A DNA stretch of 42,666 bases, taken from NCBI GenBank assembly GCA_028706835.1, contig JAQTVL010000001.1:1-42666 (forward strand), read 5' to 3'. Under the pieces are notes generated by a model. The model was not told the DNA's origin, made no database searches, and saw only the letters and a list, made by a program, of their open reading frames with translations. The stretch's first letter is position 1; the number at the start of each line of letters is the position of its first letter. Below are positions 15,098-23,000 of this stretch, one piece after another. This DNA comes from Phycisphaerae bacterium (GTDB lineage Bacteria; Planctomycetota; Phycisphaerae; JAJVII01). The position numbers were made by a program, and so were the translations under genes.

Positions 15098-15655
15098 TCA
15101 CAGAGAAGCGACCAGAATGACAATGAGGACGAGTAGAAGAATTGCCCCGAGGACACCCAATTGAACCTGGACCGGGGGAATGCCCCTGCGACGCTGCGCC
15201 AACCGCCGCCTCTTCGCCGATGGAATCGCGCTCGGGGTCGGACTGTCTGCCGGGATCGCGATCGGCTCATCCGAGACGGCTCGATCGAGAGACAAGTCGA
15301 CATCCTCCGGGGCCCTGAGCCATTCGGAGACGTCGGCCTCGTCAGCCGCATCCGGCTTGCCCGGCATGACCAATCGGCGCTCTTCACGATGGTCTGGAGA
15401 CTGCCGTTGTGCGGCAGAAATCTTTGCGCGGCATGACGGGCAGATCTTCGCGAAGCGCTCTAGGCGCGTACCACAGGTCGCGCATTGGCGGCGCTCGTCG
15501 AGGAAACCCGCCAGGATTGCCCCCAACGGTCCGAGCCAGAAGCCCATCCAGAAGGCGGTTCTCCCCGCATTCTTTCGGCCGGCGATCGACGCCGCGAGCG
15601 ATGCGAAGAACAGGGCCTGAACCAGCCACATGACCAGAACGATCAGCAGTTCCAC
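15098..15655 (-). CDS. membrane protein with central zinc ribbon
   Basis: GTG start at 15655, 8 nt after GGGAGGG. Two N-terminal hydrophobic helices, CATCG...CPSC, an acidic/Pro-rich segment, and a C-terminal helix VLGAILLLVLIVILVASL. Confidence 0.5.
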   Translation of the reverse strand: MELLIVLVMWLVQALFFASLAASIAGRKNAGRTAFWMGFWLGPLGAILAGFLDERRQCATCGTRLERFAKICPSCRAKISAAQRQSPDHREERRLVMPGKPDAADEADVSEWLRAPEDVDLSLDRAVSDEPIAIPADSPTPSAIPSAKRRRLAQRRRGIPPVQVQLGVLGAILLLVLIVILVASL

Positions 15656-15776
15656 GGTGTTGCCCTCCCGATGAAACGCCGGATCCGCGAAGAGAACGGC
15701 CGTTATTGTGATCCGCCGCCCCCGCCCGATCAAGCCCGCGCGGCCCAGATCCCGGCCCAAATCGCCAAGGCCCCCC

Positions 15777-15785
15777 TGGTATAAT
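15777..15785 (+). promoter_or_regulatory. extended -10 promoter TGGTATAAT, 7 nt upstream of an ATG (leaderless)
   Basis: Perfect TGnTATAAT read directly. ATG at 15793. Confidence 0.5.
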
Positions 15786-15792
15786 CCACGGC

Positions 15793-16038
15793 ATGTCCAA
15801 GTCGCCGATTTTCGAGGTCTACGAACCGGGGACCACCTGCGTGATCCTGCAGCCGAATGGGCCCGGGATGCCGGCCGACATACTTTCCGCCGCCGTGGGG
15901 TTGGGCTGGCGAGTCAACTACGAGGTATGCTGGTGGGCCGCGGGGAGTAGAATCACCGCCTGGCTCGACTCCTCGGAAATCGCCCAGACGGGCGATTCCG
16001 TCCGGAAGATCGGGATCGGGTTTGGGGCCGCCCGGTGA
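15793..16038 (+). CDS. hypothetical 81-aa protein, divergently transcribed
   Basis: One of very few plausible plus-strand ORFs. Starts 7 nt after a perfect extended -10. No family recognised. Confidence 0.45.
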   Translation: MSKSPIFEVYEPGTTCVILQPNGPGMPADILSAAVGLGWRVNYEVCWWAAGSRITAWLDSSEIAQTGDSVRKIGIGFGAAR

Positions 16039-16102
16039 CCAAACCCGAATCGGAGAGCCATCGTTATCACGTCGTAGGTGACGTTCCGCTCTTCGTCCCT
16101 CG

Positions 16103-16131
16103 CCAAGCCCCAAGTCCTAAGCCCCAAGCCC
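16103..16131. repeat. tandem heptamers CCAAGCC CCAAGTC CTAAGCC CCAAGCC
   Basis: Read directly in the convergent spacer. Resembles the right arm of the 32602-32664 element. Confidence 0.6.
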
Positions 16132-16158
16132 TCCTCACCCCGCCTACTGTTCTCCCGT

Positions 16159-16932
16159 TCACTCGCCGATAACCGGCGGCGGCTTGGGTGGCACCTGGTC
16201 GGGAAGGACGATTCCGTCGACCTGAGCGTCCGGCCGGTAAAAGTACGCCAGCACGATCGGGATCGGAACGCGCCCGCCGACGAGGATCTTCTTGATGCTC
16301 GCCGACTGCGGGGAGCCCAGCTCGAGCCATTGGGCGACGACGGCGGCCGTATCGCAATCTTCCGGCACGAAGCCGATCTGCTCGCCGTTTTCAATTCGGA
16401 CTTCAACGGCGTTGGGGCTGAAAGCGTTTTCCCTGTCGCGGGCCAAATAGGCGCGGTCGCCCTCCCTGACCGATTTCCTGATGATATCTCCGCGCCCCTC
16501 GTAGTGAACGCCCGCGACCATAAAATCAAAGTCATCGACGGGTCTGGAGCGGAAGTATTCCTGCTTCTTACGTTCCTTTTCGCCCTCCTTGGCCAGCTTT
16601 TCACGCGACTTGATTTCGGCCTCGAGTGCCTTGCGATGGGCCGCGGCGACTCTGCGGGCGTCCGGTGGAAGAACGATCTCGATCGCCCGGTAGAGTTCCT
16701 TCTGCTCGTCGCGCGTGACCTTCCGATCGGCGACGATCCGGCTTACGGTTTCGAAGAGGTAATCCTTGGCGGGCAGGTCGGCTTCGCGATTGTCTCTGAG
16801 CCAGCGGACCAGCTCCTTGATCTCATCCAGCGAGAGCGTCCCGTCCTCGGTCATGCTCTGGCAGAGGACTAGGAGTTCCGCGCCGATCCCGCTCTCCCGC
16901 TGTGCCTTCGTAAGCGAAACCCGTTCTGGCAT
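16159..16932 (-). CDS. HIRAN-domain protein with TerB-like N-terminal domain and coiled-coil linker
   Basis: C-terminus FMVAGVHYEGRGDIIRKSVREGDRAYLARDRENAFSPNAVEVRIENGEQIGFVP matches the HIRAN pattern. The N-terminal LSLDEIKELVRWLRDN... TerB-like call is weak. Start at ATG 16932 after AGGAGG. Confidence 0.6.
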   Translation of the reverse strand: MPERVSLTKAQRESGIGAELLVLCQSMTEDGTLSLDEIKELVRWLRDNREADLPAKDYLFETVSRIVADRKVTRDEQKELYRAIEIVLPPDARRVAAAHRKALEAEIKSREKLAKEGEKERKKQEYFRSRPVDDFDFMVAGVHYEGRGDIIRKSVREGDRAYLARDRENAFSPNAVEVRIENGEQIGFVPEDCDTAAVVAQWLELGSPQSASIKKILVGGRVPIPIVLAYFYRPDAQVDGIVLPDQVPPKPPPVIGE

Positions 16933-17287
16933 AGCCGTCTGCCTCCTATGAAAAGGGTTCGCGATCCGGGGTACTGTTCTTACGTTCACATGCCGATAAA
17001 GAGAGGGGCGGGGTAGCCCCGCACTGTCATGCCGAGGCCCGCAGACCGCCCGCGCTGCGCCCGCTCCCCGCGCCGATCGGGCCCCGGGGGCCGAAGCCAA
17101 GGGTTTGCACGAAAATCCGCAACAACAACTGGCGAATCGCCCGCTGCTGAAGAGTTTTCCCCCTGGCTCCGGCCGCCGGGGCCCGATCTCTACGGACATT
17201 CAGTCCGTAGCTGTGCCTTCCACTCCCATCGGGTGGGCTTTCCCGCTACAATCCCAACCCCCGCCTAGCGGGGGTCTGTTCAAAAAG

Positions 17288-17329
17288 TGGGGCCGTCGGG
17301 GCTCGAACCCGAGACCTACGGATTAAAAG
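17288..17329 (-). pseudogene. 3' fragment of a tRNA-Lys(UUU) gene (candidate att core)
   Basis: CTTTTAA-TCCGT-AGGTC-TCGGG-TTCGAGC-CCCGA-CGGCCCC-A. The upstream 31 nt cannot form the D arm or the acceptor 5' strand. Confidence 0.7.
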
Positions 17330-17495
17330 GTCGCAGAGCCCGCCCGTCGTGGCCGCCGTGGGCCGACGCTCCGGGAACCGGACGGGGAATGGTGTACGGC
17401 CCGCAAAGGCCTCAGCATCGCTCTAATCGCTCGTGGGGCCGGCTGGGTTATTTCTGCCGAAATGGCAGGATCTGCGGCCGGGGCCGGGGCCGGCC

Positions 17496-18386
17496 TCACG
17501 TCCGCGCGAAGCTGCGCTCGAGAAATGCCTCGGCTGCGGGCCGCCCCGGGCGCTCGGCCGCAAAACGCTCGTAGGCCTCGGCCGCCTGCCGCTGCCACCT
17601 TTCGCCGGCCAGCAGGTGGTCGCACGTAGTCGGCAAATCGTCGACGGTGAGGACATACGGATCGAGCGCGCAGCCCGCCTTGCATCGCTCGCCGACCAGG
17701 CAGGATCCGTTCGCGACGTGAAACCAGTAGCGGGCGATCGAAGGCACGCCCCAGCCCGGGCATTGCCGCACGCTCACGCACACCTTCGCTCGCGCCGTGA
17801 GTTTGCGGCGTTGGGCGTCGGAGAGAAATTCCGGCCACTCGACTCGGTGTCGCTGCGACAGCGCCGTGAGGACCGCCTTCCGGTGCGGAGTCTTCGAGCC
17901 CCAGAACAGGATATCCACACCCTTCGCCTCCGCGTGCTGCACTCGCTCGTAGGCCCCAAAATGTGCGAACGGCAGCGGCAGGACCGGAATCCCGCCGGCC
18001 AATCCCCGATAGAGGTCGAGCTGCTGTGGGTCTTCAAATGTCGACCAGATCGCGCGGGCGAACGGCGCGCAGGCCTTGAGTGCGTTGAACCGCTTCTGCC
18101 AGTAGGCGGCATTTCCATAGTGCCCGGGGACGCCTGCGCCGAACCCGTTCAGCGTTGCACCTGTAATGCACTCGGTCGCCAGCAGCACGAAGTCCCCTCG
18201 GCTCTCGATCGCGCGTCGTATGGGCCTGATCTCTCCGCCCTCGATGAATACCTGGCACCCTGCAGAGGCGTTGCCGTCGAGGACACAACGGCAGCCCGCC
18301 GCCTCGATCACCAGCCGAGCTATGATCGTGAGATCCTCGACGTAACCGAAAGCCGGGTGGTTCGCCGCGACGATATTGAACTTCAT
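17496..18386 (-). CDS. putative glycosyltransferase-like protein
   Basis: C-terminal half KGVDILFWGSKTPHRKAVLTAL...ARAKVCVSV resembles the Glyco_trans_1_2/CgeB-type pattern. Recognised by eye only. Confidence 0.4.
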   Translation of the reverse strand: MKFNIVAANHPAFGYVEDLTIIARLVIEAAGCRCVLDGNASAGCQVFIEGGEIRPIRRAIESRGDFVLLATECITGATLNGFGAGVPGHYGNAAYWQKRFNALKACAPFARAIWSTFEDPQQLDLYRGLAGGIPVLPLPFAHFGAYERVQHAEAKGVDILFWGSKTPHRKAVLTALSQRHRVEWPEFLSDAQRRKLTARAKVCVSVRQCPGWGVPSIARYWFHVANGSCLVGERCKAGCALDPYVLTVDDLPTTCDHLLAGERWQRQAAEAYERFAAERPGRPAAEAFLERSFART

Positions 18387-18745
18387 GCCGTCCTTTCTTC
18401 AGCGACGCTGGCCGCCACGATTTCCCGGATCCATTTGCCCAGCGGATCCCCGCAGCCTCCCGTGACACTGCAGCCTCGGCCGGTGCAATGCCTGCATCTC
18501 GCACATCGCCGTGCCCCTTCGATCGCTCTGGCGCGCGTACCAGGCGGCTGCCCGTGTTCGTCGCACCAGGCCGCCACGCGAGCGACGACGCGACGTGCCC
18601 AGTCCTCCGCAGTTCCGCGGCATGTCATGCGTACCCGCTCGGGCGCGGCAAACGATCGGCGTCTTCGCCCGCAGACGTCGCAGATCATTTGCACGCCCTG
18701 CGCCGTGGCGTCTCCCAGCGGGTCGAGTTCAAATCGGCAGAGCAT
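18383..18745 (-). CDS. Cys-rich small protein
   Basis: 120 aa with ATGA overlaps at both ends. Contains CDVCG and CARCRHCTGRGCSVTGGCGDP. Confidence 0.5.
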   Translation of the reverse strand: MLCRFELDPLGDATAQGVQMICDVCGRRRRSFAAPERVRMTCRGTAEDWARRVVARVAAWCDEHGQPPGTRARAIEGARRCARCRHCTGRGCSVTGGCGDPLGKWIREIVAASVAEERTA

Positions 18746-19335
18746 CAGCCCGCCACCTCCGAGGACACCGACACCGTCATCCCTTGAAGCGACGTCGGCC
18801 AAAACTCCGGCTGCTCTGGAGCCAGTTCCATGTCCAGGGCCCGACAGTCGAATGGATCCTGAGTCTCCGCTTCTAACAGCGAGGTGCGGAGCTCGCCGAA
18901 GAACAGACCGCGGCCGACTATGAAGAGCGATTCCCGATAGCCGCTTCCGGTGCAGCACTTGGTCAACCAGAAAACGGCATCGCACTCTTCCTCGAATTCT
19001 TCGGTGTTCGTGACTTGCCCGTTTTCATCCCAGTACTTGTACCGCCCGTGCACCGTCGTGGTGATCGGCTCCGTACTGGCAATCACGCAGTAGTTGTTGC
19101 CGGTGTTGGCCGTGCCGTAGTCGCCCGGCGCATAGGCGTACTCACCATTGAGATCGGTCCAGTCCCACTCCTCGGTCATTCCTCCGCCCTCGGGCGGATC
19201 CGGCGTATCATCCTCCGCACCGCTGACCGTGAACGTCAGCGTCACTCCATCCAGTGGGTCGCTATCGTCCTCCATCGGCTGGCAACACGGGCAGCGCCGG
19301 CAGCAGTCTCGGCAGTGGCGACGCCGGCGGGCCAT
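18745..19335 (-). CDS. hypothetical protein with N-terminal Cys cluster
   Basis: 196 aa with ATGA overlaps at both ends. N-terminus MARRRRHCRDCCRRCPCC, followed by an acidic globular part. Confidence 0.55.
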   Translation of the reverse strand: MARRRRHCRDCCRRCPCCQPMEDDSDPLDGVTLTFTVSGAEDDTPDPPEGGGMTEEWDWTDLNGEYAYAPGDYGTANTGNNYCVIASTEPITTTVHGRYKYWDENGQVTNTEEFEEECDAVFWLTKCCTGSGYRESLFIVGRGLFFGELRTSLLEAETQDPFDCRALDMELAPEQPEFWPTSLQGMTVSVSSEVAG

Positions 19336-20048
19336 CAGGTTTGTTCCTCGCACTGCGGCTCGTGAATGCACCAGCATCCCTTGCCGTTGAGCGATACATA
19401 GCACCAGGTGCCCACGTCGATGTCCTCTCCCTCCGTCAGGAGCGGGTCCCAGGCTTCGACCTGGAACGTCATCGAGAGCGTCTCGTCGGCATACAGTGTC
19501 ACTTCCCCGGGTTCGTCCGGCCCCGACACGGCCTGGGTCACCTTCGCCAAGACGAGTCCGGGGAAACCTTCTCGCACGGCCCACACCAGGCCTTCGGCAC
19601 CGTCGGACAGCGCCCGAAACCCTGGGTGATAGCGCTTGAGCTTGAAGGAATCCTTTGCAATCCCGAGACAATCGCCGGCTTCGGGGGCCGGTCCGTCGTA
19701 CGCGACTTCGATTGCCTCGTCGGCAGCGTAGAGAGCGAACCCCGCCGCCCCGGCCGCGACCTCGGATTCCCCGTTGATGTACACCGGGCCGTCCTCGAAC
19801 TTGGCCGGGCGTGCCGCGTCGGCCACGGGAAATCCTTTCTGATCCCGCCTCAGGTTCGAGAGGATGACGGCGCCGTGCGCGGGGATTGTCTGGCCCGATT
19901 CGTTGTAGAATCTCTGCCACGGCTGCTGAGGGATTGCCGCCGCTCTCGCGGTTCCGGCCGGGGTCCCGCGCCCGGCGCCGGATTCGAACCAGCGCAGCAT
20001 CTTCTGGATCCGCCGGTAGAGAGTGTCGCCGATCATGTACCCGGCCAT
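19335..20048 (-). CDS. hypothetical tail-associated protein
   Basis: 237-aa ORF starting 4 nt after the stop of the giant fibre gene. No family recognised. Confidence 0.55.
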   Translation of the reverse strand: MAGYMIGDTLYRRIQKMLRWFESGAGRGTPAGTARAAAIPQQPWQRFYNESGQTIPAHGAVILSNLRRDQKGFPVADAARPAKFEDGPVYINGESEVAAGAAGFALYAADEAIEVAYDGPAPEAGDCLGIAKDSFKLKRYHPGFRALSDGAEGLVWAVREGFPGLVLAKVTQAVSGPDEPGEVTLYADETLSMTFQVEAWDPLLTEGEDIDVGTWCYVSLNGKGCWCIHEPQCEEQT

Positions 20049-20051
20049 CGG

Positions 20052-23000
20052 CTACCCTCCGACCGTGACGCGCTCGAGCGGGTCGATCTTCGTGCCGTCG
20101 AGGTCCTCGAGGGTCACCGCCTCGGTACCGCGGCTGAAGTCGAGCAGGCCGTCGTCGAGCACCACGAATACGCCGCCATTTTCCGGCGTCTCGTAGTAGT
20201 AGCGCCCCGGGTCCTCGATGGTCGTATCGCCGGGGGCGCCGGCGAATTGGTAGACCTCGCCCTGGTGCAGCGTCATGGTGTCGTACGAGCAATAGAGCTC
20301 GAGGAAGCCGCCGTCGGCCACGATCGCCCCGATCGTGGCGCCCTCGCCGACGAGGAGCTGCACGTCGTTGACGGAGCCCTCGTTGCCGAGGTTGACGGAG
20401 CCGAACTCCGCCAGTTCGTCCGGCCGGACGGCAATCCCGACGTCGCCGCTCCGTATATACAGGGACGCGTCATCCGCCCCGCCGGTGAGCATCAGGGCCC
20501 GGCCGATATCCCAGCGCCTAGAGCCGGTGCCTTCGACGTAGACCTTGGTGTCGGGGTCCGCCGCGCCGAGATCGACCCGGGCAAACGGGCACCCCGGGCC
20601 GTCTCCAATTCCGAATCGCCAGATGGCGGCCTTGGCCTTGAGCGTCGTCGGGCGCGGCTGCATATAGCTTGGGCTGCCGTTGCCGATCTCGACGTCCGGC
20701 AGGCCGAGGCAGGCAGTATAGGAGGCCCACACGGTGACCGAGGCGAATTCCGGCCAGTCCTGCGGCAGGCCCCAGACGCAATCGACGTCGCGCCCCCAGA
20801 AGACGACGTGGTCTCCGGGCTCTGGGACGTGCCCGTCCGACCAATTCGCATCGCAATCCCAGCAATTCGGTCCGGCGTTGGCCACGACGGTTTCGAAACT
20901 CACGGTTGTCCCGGGGTCTCCCTCCTGGATCGTGGTCACGGTCGGCGCGTCGGCTTTGCAGGCCAGGTAGCTGGCGATCACGAATGCGTCGATCGCCTTG
21001 CTGGCCAGGGCACCGCCGAACGTCATGACCAGCGTGTCACGCGGGAATCCGGTGCCCGGGCTCGTGACCGAGACATTGCCGGACCCAAAGACCGACGCCG
21101 CGGCCGCGAGGGCCTCGGCCACCGAGCAGTTCCAGGGCAACTCGCCGGTTGGGCCGCCGCTGGCAGTGATTGTCCAGGTGCCCCTTTCCAGATGGTCGGG
21201 CGCGGTGAGCCTGTAAGAGGCATTAATGCCTGTGGTCCCGGGCACGAGGTCGCCCACCACCACATCGTTGGCGCTGCTGGGGCGGAGGACCCAGGAGGCC
21301 GTGGTCGATGCCGCCTGATCGGTCAGTCCATAGTCACCGCCCCACTCGACTCGGAGCGGCTCGGCGGGGGAGGGGCCCAGCGTGACGTGCGCAGAGCCCG
21401 GGCCGTAGACCGCCTCCAAGGCCGTCTCGAGCTGGGCGGCGCTCGAATTGTAGTTGACCTCGACCGACGAGCCATTGAACCAGAGCAGCCATGTCCCCGA
21501 ATCGGCGTTCGTCGTCAGATTGAACTCATGGACCTCGTTGCGTGCGGCAAGGCCCTTCGTCGTCTCGGTGACTCCACCAGTGACCGTAGGCGTGAGACTT
21601 GCTCCGTTGACCACCAAGAGCGGCTGATCGATGCCGGCCAGCGTGCCGACGAATGTGAACACCCACGGCGACGAACCTTCGACCATGATGTTGCCGGTGC
21701 CGACTGTGCCGATGGCCTCCAGGGCTCCCTTGAGTTGGGCTGCCGTCGCGTTCCAGGCGACCGCCGTCGTCGTCGCGCCGGAAAACGCGAGCGTAAACGT
21801 CCCGCCGGTGACGTTCGCAAAGAAAACCTCCTGAACCTCGGAGATACCCGCCGGGCTGCCGTGTACCTCCGTTGCGATCGTTGGTGTGTAACTGGCCGAG
21901 AGCGAGGAATTCGCGATGATCTGGGGCTGGTTGTCCGAGCCCAACGCAAGCCTGAACGCTATCGAGAAGCCAGAGTTGATCGGCCCGCCGGCAACATCCA
22001 CGTTCGCCCCACCGATACTGGTCAGGGCGCGCAGGGCGGCGACGACATCCGCCGCCTGTGCGTTCCAAGCCAGGTCACTCGTCGTGTAGTCCAAAAAGGT
22101 CAGAGAAAACGTGCCTCCGTCAGCCATCGTCGCCGCCGTCAGGGTCTGCCATTCGTCGATACCTGGGACACCTGCCTCGACTTCGGTGCTGTAGGCGGAT
22201 GGCGTCTGGATCGTCAAAGCCAGCGAGTTGATCGAGATCAGTGGCTGGGCGTGGCGTGCCCGGGCGCCGATGTACGTGATGGTCATCGCGCCAGGCGGCT
22301 CTCCAGCCATTTGGATGTTCCCGGTGCCAATCGTCGGGAGAGCCTCCAGCGCGCCCTGGATCTGCGCCTTTGTGACGTTCCACGCGAGAGCCGAGGTTGT
22401 TTCCCCATTGAACGCGAGAGAGTAGGTTCCGGCCACCGGCGCCGTGGCGAACCACAAGTAGTGGACCTCGTTGGTGCCTGTCGTGCCCTTGATCTCTTCG
22501 CTGACTCCGTATGTGGCCGGAGTACCCGTCAGAGGCCCGGAATAACCGAGTTGGGCCACGTTCGTATAGGCGAGCGTCCCGCAGAACGTCACGGTGAAAC
22601 CGGCGGCTGTCGTCCCCGACACGGTGACATTCCCCGTGCCGATCGTGGCCAGCGCCTGTAGCGCGGACTGGACCTGCGTCGAGTTCGCGTTCCAAGCGAG
22701 CGAAGACGTGGTCGCCGTCGAACCCCCGTTGGCGAAACTGAGCATGTACCATCCGCTGCTGACACCATTGAACGAGATCAACTGGACCTCGTTGGCCGGC
22801 GGGTCGGCCGTGTAGCCTTGCGCCGTGATGGCCACGGTGACTTGCGCAGTGCCATACACGGTGTCTTTTTCGAGATCAGGCTGATTTCCTGCCGTCGTGG
22901 CGGTCAACACGACTGGAGCCGTGCCGAGCGGTCCTCCAGTTGCCGTCCAATATGCCTCGCCAAAGTACGCCGCATTCACTCGCTCTGCCACGATCGCCGC

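Noticed and set aside
16933-17199. Upstream extension of the HIRAN ORF. Similar N-terminal extensions exist for int (14256-14426), the portal (37710-37799), 14660-14752 and 39779-39970.
   Set aside because: The extensions are low-complexity or run through repeat elements. In each case an internal ATG or GTG with a strong SD starts the credible protein.
19254-22661. Very long plus-strand ORFs antisense to the structural genes: 1135 aa here, plus 7139-8788, 10204-11961, 24937-26583 and 36231-38003.
   Set aside because: They are Arg/Gly/Pro/Asp-rich with no SD or recognisable motifs. They mirror well-supported minus-strand genes with clear motifs, so they are typical stop-codon-poor shadow ORFs of high-GC DNA.
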